From the NCBI RefSeq assembly GCF_023055435.1, contig NW_025963890.1, forward strand, positions 53,010,001 through 53,074,000: a DNA stretch of 64,000 bases, given 5' to 3'. This DNA is from Haliotis rufescens (taxonomy: Eukaryota). Numbering within the stretch: position 1 is the stretch's first letter; each line of letters opens with the position of its first letter. The position numbers and the translations under genes are program-made. Below are positions 22,851-36,626 of this stretch, piece after piece. The notes under the pieces were generated by a model that was not told the origin of the DNA, did no database searches, and saw nothing but the letters and a program-made list of their open reading frames with translations.

Positions 22851-25800
22851 AGTGAGTATTTGTCAGTCAGGGATACAATATGAGTTTTTAATCTATGACC
22901 GCGCATATTTTGTGAATTATTGTAAACCAGCTGTGATATTTTGATTAATGTCACATTGTGTATTGACTTAGGCCTAATGTCTCGATGTGAGTGTTGGTTC
23001 AATGAAAACTTTGGTTGTCAAGCCGTGGATACCAAACTTTACCTATGATAGAAACTGAAATACACCTAAAAAGACCAAATACAAGCGTAAAGTGATACAC
23101 AGTAAACAAAGCCTCCAGAGAAATAGTTCTGTGTGACGGACAAAAATGACCAGAAGACTCGAGAATGTAGAATCTAGACTTAGGGTTGATCATGTTGATA
23201 ATAAAATAGGCTTTATATATACAATGAAATTCTGTGATTTGTACTAGGCTACCAATATTGTTGGAAAGTTTGAGTAAATCCTATATGTTTCCCTATGTAA
23301 CTTGTAATCATGGAAGATCACTGTTGTGTACCCCCCTACCTTTAACATTAATAACACGTAAAGGCGTGTGTTTTAAAGTGTTTGCATCATAAAAAATATG
23401 GAAAAGGAAGACAGACTTTTACCTGACTCATTTTATTGTCCCTAAGGACATAATTATTAAATGTCATGGATGCAATAGCATGGCAGTGAAATAATAAAAC
23501 TAACTCAAAGCATGTAAACTTTGACCATGTTGACTCTCCTTGTTCGATTTTCTTTACTCAATCAATGTTTCGTTTCAAACAACAAAATCCAAGTTAATAA
23601 TAAGCATAAGACTTGAGATCATGAACATTGCTTATTAAAATTCCTTAAAATGTTTGGAAATGAAGTGTAGTGAACAACCGGTTTATAGGCTGTAGACATG
23701 GGTCTATGTAAATTTCTACCCGTAGAAATGAGAAATTGTGCACCCCAAATGGAAAGTAATTTCGTAAACTTATTAAATAAGCAATGAATTACATTATACA
23801 AAATATTAATTGAGATTTAGATCTGAAAACATTTAATGTAAATGTAAAGGGCCAATATTATTATTTACAAGAATAACAACATATGGGGTTTATCTGTTGA
23901 CAGAAGCTTATCTTGAAGAAAACTTTGTTTCAACTGAAAATTACAATGGGCTTCTTGATCCCAGTAGCAGATGAGATGGAGATGGGAGATGTATATTTAA
24001 CAATAGATTAAAATACCAGGTGAAGGTATGTAAAGTGATCATGATTAATGAAGATCTCATTCAATTAACTTTAACGATGGCTTTTTGTATGTAACACCAT
24101 TTATGTGATATACAGTATATTCCAGTTATATATACTACTCAAAAGAAGTTAAGGATCACCCGATTCTTTCATATTGGTAATGTTAAGCTGTCATGGCATG
24201 AGAGATTAACTATTGTAATATGAAAGAATCAGGTGATCCTTAACTTCTTTTGAGTAGTATATATGCTGGCTGGACCACACTATGCAATGACTGAGGATTG
24301 ATCGACGGATACTGGATGGTTGTTGTTTTACTGTGATGTGTTTTATTGTGTGTTGGTGATAGCTTTGTGTATGTGTATGTTGGACATCGTGAATGATTAT
24401 AGAGAATGATTGGTTTTCTTTATAAATGTGAATGCAATGTTTGCATTGTGATAACAAATTTGTTTTATGAAATCTCAACAGCATCCTCTGTCCCTATGAT
24501 ATGAATGGACTGCTCCACTGTGACATCACACAACTTGTTATAGCGAGAGAAAGCACGATAAACATGATGAACGATATTATTGTCTTATAAACAAAGTTAA
24601 GATGTTTGGAAACCTATAATCCAACTATAACAATTGTCTTATAGACAGATATTTAGAAATACGAAATAGGGTTACGAAGATTCTTATTTTCAGGGTTGCA
24701 AAGTCAGCGGTAGAAACTAACAGTTTTCATCCACTAGTCCTTATAATGATAACATATAGCAAAACCCTTAAAAAGGGCAAATTTTTACTAGTCCTTATGA
24801 TACCTTAACCATTGGGCAGTTTGGCAAGGACTATAGGACTAGTGCCAATTTCTAACGCTGAAAGTTTCTAGGGGTACAACATTTTTTGTGGTACAAATTG
24901 CCACAACCCGTAGACACCAAGTAGGTCACATTTCGCTTAGTTTAGACAAGAGCCGCGATGGAGTCCAACAGTCAAAACATGACCCTACATCGGACTGGTC
25001 ACTAAAGAAGTCAGTATTTGTTATATGAAATCTTCAAGGGCTGGTGTTTTCCTGTGTATTCAGTGTCTCACTTCAACCTGGAGAATGAGGTGAGCAGCGT
25101 GCTGAGGATGGATGCTCCTGTCCCCGGTGTGACAAGAGGGCCACTCACGTCACGATGGACCAAGAAGGCGGATGCTGACTGCAATGCCTCTGTCAACAAC
25201 TCGCTCAATGCCAGCACGTCTGCCAAGACTCCGATGAAGACTGCCAACAAACCTATGGGAGCCAAAACACCCTCAACCGAATCCAAAAAAACACCCAAAT
25301 CATCAGGTAAGGAAGCAGCAGTCACTAACAGTCGGTGTTCAATGTCTTGCATACTTAGATTCAGATGGCACATGATTTTTGTCGCTTTTCTTATATGATG
25401 CCATCTTCCCGAGTAGGGAGTTAACTGACAGTAAAAGTCCAGTTTCCACCCTTGCCAAACTAGGCTGGAATTCCTGGGCTTGATCGTAGTGCCGCTAGTG
25501 GCTATTACAAGTTATGTCTCTTCTATGTCCCTCCTATTGACCAATCAGATTTCACCTTTCACCTTTCACCTTTCATATCACTTACATTTGGTTCAAACAA
25601 AATGGTGGTGGCCAGTCAAGATGTTTTGATCGATAATCGAAATGTATGTTTTAAGAAAATGTGTCTTACTTCGTGAAGTGCATCAAACCACATGAACACC
25701 TTGATTAAAAACATGAAATGATGTGTAAAATATCTGTTGACGCTGTACACATCTTTTGCAAATCCTGCAAGCAACTGAATTCTGTACGGCAGATTATTTT

Positions 25801-28800
25801 TATTTTTATTTTGAAATTTGATTGGACTATGCATAGGCTCATTAGTCCAGCCAAAATATAACCCCATAATGCCAGCCTAGTTCGGCAAGGGTGGAAACTG
25901 GACCTTCATAGTCGGTTAACTCCCTTGCCACGGGAAGATATGATGCAGATTATTCATCGTATTGTGTAGAAAAGTACAAAACAACATGGGCTGCACCCCT
26001 CATGGTTTATTCCCCTTGCAGTGTTTTATTGTACGATAAACAACTCCCACTCGTTGTTTATTTCTTAAATATATTGGGTGCCATCATTAATAAGTTGGAA
26101 TATTGCTGAGTGTGGTGTTAAAAGAAAAACAAAGCCCAGTACCCTACCTTCGCTTTGAACACTGATCATGCCTATGATTACAGTTCTAGCTGTGGTTTGA
26201 GAATAATGTATGTATTACTTGTGACAGGCAAACATCGGACTCCTGGCGGTAAAGCTCCCAAGACCCCTACAGGAGGCGACAGGTTCATCCCTAACCGTGC
26301 CACCACCCAGTTTGAGTTGGGCCACTACAAGATTGTCAGCGAGGGGGAGAAACCCGAGGACAATGAGCTTCTGAGTCCGACTCAGCAGGAGTACCAGCGT
26401 GTGATGAGTGACAACCTGAACGGCGAGCTCCTCAACAGCAAGATCATCGCCTACAAGAGCAAAGCTCCTCAAGCACCTGAAGGTATACTGTCTTTGGTTG
26501 TCACTGAACATGATGTAAGGCTGTCAACAATCTTGTTGAATGTCAGTCATGATGGATGTAGCAATGTTGGGCAGGGTTGGATCCTACCATCGTTGATTCA
26601 AATCCCAGAGACACCCTTATTTTGTGAGCACCATACTCGGGTTCCAAAGCTGCGTCAACCCCAATTCACTATACCCTTGACATGTATCTCTTTTCTCATC
26701 AATCAATATATCGGGCATAAGATTACAAAATATCTTTACACGTGGGGATTCCCAGTGGGCATATAGGTCCACAGCAACCTAAGCTTGTCATATGAGGCAA
26801 CTAAATGGATTAGGTGGTCAGGCTTAGTGACTTGGTTGACTACGTGTCATCTACTCAAATTGCACAGATCGATGCTCATGATGTCAATCACTGGATTGTC
26901 TGGCCCAGACTTCATTATACAGACCGCTGGGATATTGCTCATAGAGGCATTAAACAAAAACCTTGCACAATAGAAATTATTACTTTTGTTTTTCTAGTGT
27001 CTGACCACTTCATTCTGTCAATGTGAAGTTTCAGTACAGCTGGTATATGTACGAAAGCATCTCATTGAAAGAATAGACGTGCAAATCCATAGCTCGACCT
27101 GTCTTCATTGATGCTACCATCACAACATTTACATGTCACGAACACTGGCTAACCAGGTAGAAAGTTGGTAGAATGTATAATAATTGTTTTACGTCTGCAT
27201 GAAAGAGAAGGGAAAGGATTGAGTGATGTGTGATTGTTCCCAGGCTACAACAACAACCTCAGGGTGTTGTACAGTACAACCAAGACAGCCGCCAGTGCCA
27301 AGAAGACAATACGACACATTCCACAAGTACCCGAGAGAATACTCGATGCCCCGGACATCCTAGATGATTATTGTGAGTACTACACAGACTGTGGGCACGG
27401 GTGGCCTAGCGGTCCTATTGGGTGTTGGCAGTTAATTCCTAAGCGTCATTTCTGTCCTTGTTGGTTTGAGTACGGTGGTAAATATGTTACACTGGGCTGA
27501 CTTTTGACAGTGTTCAGCCAGTTATCCCAAAACAGAGAGAAGCCTGACAGCCCTGTTTAGTATATTTTGAAAATTCTCAAGTACTAGAAGACATGACACC
27601 AAATGCCAATCAAACAGTTATGACACCACATAATACCTGAAAATTTCTGTTTGTTTTTTGTAGCCTAGAACATGTAGAATGGAAACGATCAAATGTTTAC
27701 CATAACCGCTTTATGAAGTTGTTAATATTGGGGTCTTTCCAACATTTGACCAGTTTAGCCTGACACTAATGAAGAAATGTACCCGACTCTTGAACGAGGA
27801 TGTTCCTGTCTGTCATGTCTACAGCGTGTGTTAATATCTGAATATGGTGCAAAGTGTCTCAGGATCTTGTTCCTAATGCCAGAATACCTTTCACATTTGA
27901 TCTGTCATTACAACTTTCATTTGAGGGTGGTCAGGTGGCCTAGTGGTTAAAGCGCTTGCTCGTCATGCCAAAGACCCAGGTTGAATTCCTGTCATGGGTA
28001 CAATGTGTGAAGCCCATTTCTGGTGTCCCCCGCCGTGATATTGCTGAATTATTGCTAAAAGCAGCGAAAAACCATACTCACTCACACTTTCATTTGAAAT
28101 TGAAACCCTATTCCCTCCCTGACTGACTTGTGTAATGTTGTCAGACCTGAACCTGCTGGACTGGTCAGTGAACAATTACCTGGCGGTGTGTCTGGGCAGC
28201 TCCGTCTACCTGTGGAATGCCAGTAGTGGTGACATCAGCCAGCTGTGTCAGATGGACGGGCAGGACGAGTACGTTGGTGCGGTGTCGTGGATCAAGGAGG
28301 GCAACTACCTCGCGGTCGGGACCAGTAGCGGCGAGGTTCAGGTGGGTCTGTCTACAGTGTCGCTGTTACTCCTAGAGTGGAGTAGAACTCGTTGTAGACA
28401 ACATATCAAGTATGTCTGTAGTGCAGACCTGTTCCGCTTACATGAATCTGATAGACCTAGCATAGTTGTATAACAATGAATAGTAACATCACTTTGTGGA
28501 ACAGGTGCCCCTGGAGCTTTGTCATATCATCCATCTGTGTCACTATTCCGAAGCCAGAGTAGCCAGGCCACAAAGTTGCGACTAAATTGGTCGCCATGGC
28601 GATCTAGTTTTGTATTTTGCGACTGGTATTTTCATGTCAGTCGCCAACTGGCTCCTTGTCTTTAATTAAGTTTGGCGACTAAATATCTCTTGTCATAAGA
28701 TATTAAAAAAGATCGTTTTTAATATAAGTGCGTAACTTCGGTGAAAAAATTCGATATCAGAACATAATAACATCGACAAGATCACTGTTGGCCATGTGTT

Positions 28801-31800
28801 CTGTTTTCGCTTTCGATATGAAGCTCCATACCTGGAATGAAGGAAGCACTTTCCGTTATTAAGTAATGCACTAACGATGTTAAGAGTTTAGTACCCACGC
28901 ATGCGCTGTACGACATCCGCCCAGGTGACAGCTAAGGCGGTCGTTTCGCCGTTCAAAAACACGAAGTATTTTTCTATATTTGCGCAAGTCAAAACAACAA
29001 CAAATCGTTGTCAATCGGCAAATGATGAATACCGTATTTTCTTTAGTATAGTGCGCACCCCTCTCTAGCAGATTCAGTATTTATTTATTTTTTTTGGGGG
29101 GGGGGGGGGGGGGGAACAGGGGTGGAAATTTGCCATTTCCCGACTCTCGGGGAAAGTAGAAATACGAGGTTGGGCAACAAAATCACTTACTTTAACTTGT
29201 CCGGAGGCAAGTAATATTGGAAATTACTATCACTGTCTACATTTCTAACTACTTGTAAGGCAGGCAGCCAATCAAATTTCAGCGGTGATACCAAGCTCGT
29301 GTTTGATAAATTTCAGAAGTTGGCGAAAGATTTTTGTTAAATCATGTTATTCTGAACTAAAAGGCAGGAAATCACGATATATATATATTAAAAATATGGA
29401 ACTTCTTGAATCTATCGTGCTAGGTTACGAGCTGTGACAGATTTTTCATGCATATATTTTTGCATTAAACATCGTGTCCGAGCCGAGAATTTAAGGCGAC
29501 GAAAGCTGAGATGTCATTTGACTTACATTACATGCGATTGCACGAAAAGATGGAAATAATAACTTAGATGTAAGTTTGATTACTTTTAGATATATTTTTG
29601 TTGAATTTATTTATTACTTTGTATAATATATCAAAGATTTGCTTAAAACGTCTTTATTTTGCTCTTTGACATGTTCGATGTGGACCCGTTGTTGAAATGT
29701 GTGTCCGAGAATTATATTTTCAATAACATCGCGGGAAATAGTGAATAATTTTTTTATTTATTGATAAAAAAATGATAAATTGATATGGAATACGTATTTC
29801 AGACATTGTGAAATGTGATAGATTTAATAAATGAATGATATTATAGGTAGGTCCATACAAATATATACTATTTTGACGTGACTACGGCTTGGCCGGAAAA
29901 CCGGCCTACGGTGTTGAAAGGGATAAACACATAGATAAAAAATCACCAGACATGTTGATTTACCGTTTAAATTGTATTTTTTTGTTCTGCTAGGCATTGT
30001 TTTATATCCAGGGATTAAGATTACCATGTGTATCTTCTCGTAAACTAAGCCGGACACAGCAATCAGCTGTACACACAATTTCTTGGAATTTACCGGTGAT
30101 TCAGTCAAGTCACACCCAATGATATAACTTTACAGGGTTTTAATGCAAGGATCGGCAAAAAATGTATCTGAAACTTCTTCTTTTTATCAGGAATAATATA
30201 TTCCAATATCTTGTTAATTTAGATGCAGCTTTTACCAAACATATTTGAAATAATAATAACCCTAAGCGTAAGCGAAGCAGCTGATTGCTATATATTACCG
30301 GGTATTACATGGTTTTACATGGAACACACAGTCTGACCAGTCACCGTCAAGGCTCCCGTGCACGTGATCGCGTGAATTACGTGTTGACATAGAATCGTCC
30401 AACAAAAACAAATATGACCTTTAACGAGTCAAAGTATGGCATTTATGACAAATGTATCCATTCTCTGTCAACGAAAGTTCGTTTCAAGGCATCAATAGCG
30501 GTAATCTGACCGTGGTTTCTCTTAATAACCGTTTGTTAGATCTTCCGATCGCTTCACACACGATTTCGCCGAAATAAATTAAAACAATATTAAAAGTAAT
30601 TTTGAATAAAATTAATGAAATAAGTTACTAACATAAGTCCAGATATACAAAGAACACTTTTTATAGTCAGACAGTGTAATTACATGATTTGTTTGCGTAC
30701 TTCAGTATGGATTTGTTGACATGGTATTTCCGGTGTTACGTTCTCACGGTAATGTCTTTCCATGGGGGAAAAACATCAAAACTCATTATTTCGTGTATAA
30801 TGCGCACCCCCTTCTACACAGCTGTGTTTTTTTGGAAATAAATGCGCAGTATACTCAAGATAATACGGAATGCTTTGAATGGCGAAGCTGACACGGAAGT
30901 TTCGTCGTCTATCGACACGTTCGATGAACCCAAACCTGCAACTGGCACCGGTAAACTGTCAGATGATGTTACTGACACAATGTTCTAAAGCTTGTTTGTC
31001 TGAAAAACTCAAAAGCTTCAACAACACGTCAACAGTTGTTGTTCATGATTTAAAACTGATTATTCAAACTAATGGATTTTTTTGTTTTGTTATGCAGTTA
31101 AATTACAAGTCATTACTTTTGGCTCCTTACATTTTGTCTTGGCTCCTTGAAATTCTATTTGGCTCCTTGAAAAAATAATTTAGGAGCCAAGTGGCTCCTT
31201 TGAATTTTTTTTAACTTTGTGGCCTGCTAGCAAGCTCATAGAATAGTCCACATAATAACAGTAAATTTTACTGAGTCATGTTAGGGCAAGTAGTCTCAAA
31301 GAAGAGTGCCTCTTGTATCAACACACATCAGACACTAGAGGTGAAACGATACAAGGTCACGATACGATATGGATGGCAATACGATATGTATCGCAATAGG
31401 CATATTTATGTAAAATCGCATGGAAACTTCTTGACAATAAATATTTCAGAGCAAGTTCAAAAGGAAAACCTAGCTGTAGACACATGTTCGTAGCGGCTAT
31501 TTTTAGTAGTGAACTTGAAAGGCTAATTACAACACATCTTGCAATATTTGACTGACAAAAACATCAGGGATCATTAAACGAGTAAGTAATTTATTTCAGA
31601 AAGTGTACCGTCCTGTATCGATGTAGAAAAAAACGTATCATGTATCGTAACATCACATGAAAACTCACTATCGTTTCACCCCAATTAGACACATCAGTAT
31701 GCAGGAATAGTGGAATACTTGAACTGCCTCTGTATCACCCTGTGAGGCCCTCACTTCATGGGACGCACCAGAACAAACACAATCACCACTATCGCTTTGG

Positions 31801-34800
31801 ACAAGAGGTTTCTTGACACCAATTTGACTTTTACTCAATGAGGTATTCAATTTGTAATGTGTTTTATGTTTCAGTTGTGGGATGTGACACAGCAGAAGAA
31901 GCTACGGAGCATGCGGAGCCATGCTGCACGTGTTGGTAGTCTCTCCTGGAACTCCTACATCCTCAGCAGGTGCTCACTCTGTCAATCTCTCACTCACTCA
32001 CTTATGCTGAATTTACTGCATGGTATTAGAGTTTCATCGCAGTGGAGGACCACCCTCCAGGTGGCTTCAGTACCAAGATATTTGTAGGATGCATAAATGA
32101 CATCTCATGTTCATGATGAACTACCGACCAAAGTATCTACATACACACGCCATGACTGTCGCTGAAACTGTACTCGACAGATCCAAACAATGGCATCACT
32201 GAAGTATGCTCAAAGAATTTTACACCTGTGATGATCCCGGTCAGAATAGTTTATTAGCAACCCAGAAGGTGACTACGCTTGTCATAAAAGGCGACTAACG
32301 GTATCGGGTGGTCAGACTGGCTGACTTGGTTGATGCATGTCATCGTGTCCAAATTGCCTGGATCGATGCTCATGATATTAATCACTGGATTGTCTGGTCC
32401 AGGCACGATTATTTACAGACTGCTGCCATATTGCTGGAATATTACCGAGTGTGGCATTAAACAACAAATAAACAAACATCATCATGGACCTCATCTTCAG
32501 CAGCTCTCTGTTCCCTCCCGGAACTCCTGCATGCTAGTGCAGTTGTTTCTACACACATCGTCATGCACAGGAATATCTCCTCTTTCAGCGGGTCCCGAAG
32601 TGGCAGCATCCATCACCATGATGTGCGAGTGGCCCAGCATCATGCGGGCTCCCTCACTGGGCATGCACAGGAAGTGTGTGGTCTCAAGTGGTCTCCGGAC
32701 GGCAAATACCTCGCCAGTGGCGGCAATGACAACATCCTCAACATTTGGTCAGCAGCTATGGGTAGCCAGTCCGCAGACAACACACAGCCCTTGTACTCCT
32801 TCTCCCAGCACCAAGCAGCAGTCAAGGTAAGTCCACAACCGTTGCCCACATTCACAGGACAATCTGGCACTGAGCAGCAGTTCATGTAGGTCCACATTCA
32901 CAGGACAATCTAGCACTGAGCAGCAGTCCATGTAGGTCCACATTCGCAGGTCAATTTAGCACCGAGCAGCAGTTAATATAGGTCCACATTCACAGGACAA
33001 TCTAGCACCGAGCAGCAGTCCATGTAGGTCCACATTCACAGGACAATCTAGCACCGAGCAGCAGTCCATGTAGGTCCACATTTGCAGGACAATCTAGCAC
33101 CGAGCAGCAGTTAAGGTAGGTCCACATTCGCAGGTCAATCTAGCACCGAGCAGCAGTTAATATAGGTCCACATTCACAGGACAATCTAGCACCGAGCAGC
33201 AGTCCATGTAGGTCCACATTCGCAGGACAATCTAGCACCGAGCAGCAGTCCATGTAGGTCCACATTCGCAGGTCAATTTAGCACCGAGCAGCAGTCCATG
33301 TAGGTCCACATTCGCAGGTCAATTTAGCACCGAGCAGCAGTTAATATAGGTCCACATTCGCAGGACAATCTAGCATCGAGCAGCAGTCCATGTAGGTCCA
33401 CATTCACAGGACAATCTAGCACCGAGCAGCAGTCCATGTAGGTCCACATTCGCAGGACAATCTAGCACCGAGCAGCAGTCCATGTAGGTCCACATTCGCA
33501 GGACAATCTAGCACCGAGCAGCAGTTAGTGTAGGTCCACATTCGCAGGACAATCTAGCACCGAGCAGCAGTTAGTGTAGGTCCACATTCACAGGACAATC
33601 TAGCATCGAGCAGCAGTCCATGTAGGTCCACATTCACAGGACAATCTAGCACCGAGCAGCAGTCCATGTAGGTCCACATTCGCAGGACAATCTAGCACCG
33701 AGCAGCAGTCCATGTAGGTCCACATTCGCAGGACAATCTAGCACCGAGCAGCAGTCCATGTAGGTCCACATTCGCAGGTCAATCTAGCACCGAGCAGCAG
33801 TTAAGGTAGGTCCACAACTGTTGCCCACATTCACCAGGCAATCTAGCACCGAGCAGCAGTAAATGTAGGTCCACATTCACAGGACAATCTAGCACTGAGC
33901 AGCAGTCCATGTAGGTCCACATTTGTAGGTCAATTTAGCACCGAGCAGCAGTTTAATATAGGTCCACATTCACAGGACAATCTAGCACCGAGCAGCAGTC
34001 CATGTAGGTCCACATTCACTTGACAATCTAGCACCGAGCAGCAGTCCATGTAGGTCCACATTCACTTGACAATCTAGCACCGAGCAGCAGTCCATGTAGG
34101 TCCACATTTGCAGGACAATCTAGCACCGAGCAGCAGTCCATGTAGGTCCACATTCACAGGACAATCTAGCACCGAGCAGCAGTCCATGTAGGTCCACATT
34201 CACTTGACAATCTAGCACCGAGCAGCAGTCCATGTAGGTCCACATTCGCAGGACAATCTAGCACCGAGCAGCAGTCCATGTAGGTCCACATTCACAGGAC
34301 AATCTAGCACCGAGCAGCAGTCAAGGTAGGTCCACATTCGCAGGACAATCTAGCACCGAGCAGCAGTCCATGTAGGTCCACATTCACAGGACAATCTAGC
34401 ACCGAGCAGCAGTCAAGGTAGGTCCACATTCGCAGGACAATCTAGCACCGAGCAGCAGTTAGTGTAGGTCCACATTCACAGGACAATCTAGCACCGAGCA
34501 GAAGTCCATGTAGGTCCACATTCGCAGGACAATCTAGTACCGAGCAGCAGTCCATGTAGGTCGACATTCACAGGACAATCTAGCACCGAGCAGCAGTCCA
34601 TGTAGGTCCACATTCACAGGACAATCTAGCACCGAGCAGCAGTCCATGTAGGTCCACATTCACAGGACAATCTAGCACCGAGCAGCAGTCCATGTAGGTC
34701 CACATTCGCAGGTCAATCTAGCACCGAGCAGCAGTTAAGGTAGGTCCACAACTGTTGCCCACATTCACCAGGCAATCTAGCACCGAGCAGCAGTCCATGT

Positions 34801-36626
34801 AGGTCCACTTTCACAGGACAATCTAGCACCGAGCAGCAGTCCATGTAGGTCCACTTTCACAGGACAATCTAGCACCGAGCAGCAGTCCATGTAGGTCCAC
34901 TTTCACAGGACAATCTAGCACCGAGCAGCAGTCAAGGTAGGTCCACATTCACAGGACAATCTAGCACCGAGCAGCAGTCCATGTAGGTCCACTTTCACAG
35001 GACAATCTAGCACCGAGCAGCAGTCAAGGTAGGTCCACATTCACAGGACAATCTAGCACCGAGCAGCAGTCCATGTAGGTCCACTTTCACAGGACAATCT
35101 AGCACCGAGCAGCAGTCCATGTAGGTCCACATTCACAGGACAATCTAGCACCAAGCAGCAGTTAAGGTAGATCCACAACTGTTACCCACATTCACCAGAC
35201 AATCGTGCACCAAACTTCTTGGATTTGAAAGGCTAAGTCTGAGGCATGTAGATTGTAACAATCCACCTCCTACGAAATAGCTTTCTGTTGCTGTCATGGA
35301 ACACATTATTTGACAATATCCAACGAGCTATGAACATTATGGATTATTTGTAGAAAAGTAGTCTGGGCTCCCAGCATTTCCGCTGGCTTTGAAGCAATGG
35401 AAGTATCACAAATACAAGTGAGATCATCCTAACATGTGGGTTGGTAAAGGATCAAGGAAATATCAATTCACCAGGTCAATGAATACCCCACCATGTATTA
35501 CTAGGTCATTTTGAGAAAGACAATGAAGAAGCATGTGAAATGTCAACCCAACAGACAGACTTCACTGACGTGTGAAGTAAGCCATGTCATCATCATGATC
35601 ATGGTAATTGTAGTAGTTGTCATGTCATGTTCAAGGAAAAGCTCTCATTGATGTCTGTCTGTAAGACTGCAGGACCTGACCAGGTGTGGACATTGTTTAC
35701 CTATGAGATTGACAGTTCTTGCAGGCTATGCCCTGTGTGAGTGTCGTTCTGTTTGTAAGAATAACTGTGTTGTTGCAGGCTGTGGCCTGGTGTGAGTGTT
35801 GTTTTGTTTATCTGTAAGACTAACTGTGTTGTTGTAGGCCGTGGCCTGGTGTCCGTGGCAGTCCAGCCTGCTGGCCAGTGGTGGGGGGACGGCTGACCGA
35901 CACATTCGCTTCTGGAACTGCAACACGGGGACCTGCCTGAATGCTGTCGATACCAAGTCACAGGTGTGTAGAAACCTCCCAGAGAAATGCCCTGTGTTGC
36001 TGTCAATGCCCTGTGTTGCTATCATTGCCCCGTTGCTGTCATTGCGACATTGCCCTGTGTTGCCATTATTGCCCTGTGTTTTCGTCAATGCCCCATTGCC
36101 GTCATTGACCTGTGTTGCCATCATTGCCTTGCGTTACCCGTATTGCCCCGTGTTGCTGACTTTTTCCTAATCAAAGATAATTTGTTCTCAGACACATCTG
36201 CCAACACCCATCATGAAAAGTTTGGGAAAAATACTGAAAAACTCTCTTTTAAATTTGTCTCTAAGGAAAGATAAAAAATTAAATATCCTTTTGGCAGTGA
36301 TTTTCATTTGTTAATTCTTCCTGCAGGTGTGTGCTCTACTGTGGTCGACAGAGCACCGAGAACTCATCTCAAGTCATGGGTTTGCCCAGAACCAGCTGAT
36401 CATCTGGAAGTACCCGGCCATGTCGAAGATAGCAGAGCTGACGGGCCACACTGCCAGGGTGCTTCACATGGCCATGTCACCAGATGGCACCACTGTGGTG
36501 TCCGCCGGCGCCGACGAGACGCTGCGACTCTGGAAATGTTTTGCAGTTGATGAGAAGAAGAAGACCACCCAGAAATCTGCATCCAAGAGCACCTCCTCCA
36601 CATTGCATCGAGCTCTGATTAGATGA
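22851..36626 (+). CDS. CDC20: Cell division cycle 20 / fizzy (APC/C activator); coding exons 22851, 25064-25306, 26228-26482, 27244-27372, 28145-28341, 31875-31969, 32589-32826, 35838-35963, 36327-36626; 527 aa
   Basis: C-box DRFIPNR; KIIAY (MAD2-binding position); [20 protein letters not shown]; WD40 repeats ([53 protein letters not shown]); C-terminal IR tail. All junctions are GT-AG and total 1584 nt. Confidence 0.96.
24129..24263. mobile_element. Short Tc1/mariner-like MITE (hairpin) in CDC20 intron 1
   Basis: About 48-bp inverted repeat TATACTACTCAAAAGAAGTTAAGGATCACC.GATTCTTTCATATT with a spacer of about 38 bp and TA-flanked ends. Confidence 0.6.
25402..25940. mobile_element. MITE family with about 70-bp TIRs; copies at about 44009-44783 (interrupted by a SINE) and 63225-63738
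   Basis: TIR CATCTTCCCGAGGCAAGGGAGTTAACTGAC...AGTCCAGTTTCCACCCTTGCC.AACTAGGCTGG at both ends, with homologous interiors. Confidence 0.8.
27925..28085 (+). mobile_element. tRNA-derived SINE (family A) in CDC20 intron 4
   Basis: Same family. TSD ACTTTCATTTGA at 27913 and 28086. Confidence 0.88.
28564..31226. mobile_element. Non-autonomous DNA transposon with nested insertions in CDC20 intron 5
   Basis: 14-bp TIRs CAGGCCACAAAGTT and AACTTTGTGGCCTG with subterminal GGCTCC/GCGAC repeats. Internal element at about 29032-30868 with CCGTATT..GCGCAC ends. No clean TSD. Confidence 0.6.
31336..31684. mobile_element. hAT-type MITE in CDC20 intron 5
   Basis: TIRs TAGAGGTGAAACGATA and TATCGTTTCACCCCAA. 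Near-perfect 8-bp TSD TCAGACAC/TTAGACAC. Confidence 0.65.
32807..35210. repeat. 46-bp minisatellite in CDC20 intron 7, about 52 copies
   Basis: Unit TAGCACCGAGCAGCAGTCCATGTAGGTCCACATTCACAGGACAATC. The first unit overlaps the exon 7 end. Confidence 0.95.

Noticed and set aside
23481-23500. TGGCAGTG seed in CDC20 intron 1, checked because miR-449 is hosted in vertebrate CDC20B (also 36293 and 37088)
   Set aside because: Only the seed matches, with no miR-34/449 mature sequence or hairpin.
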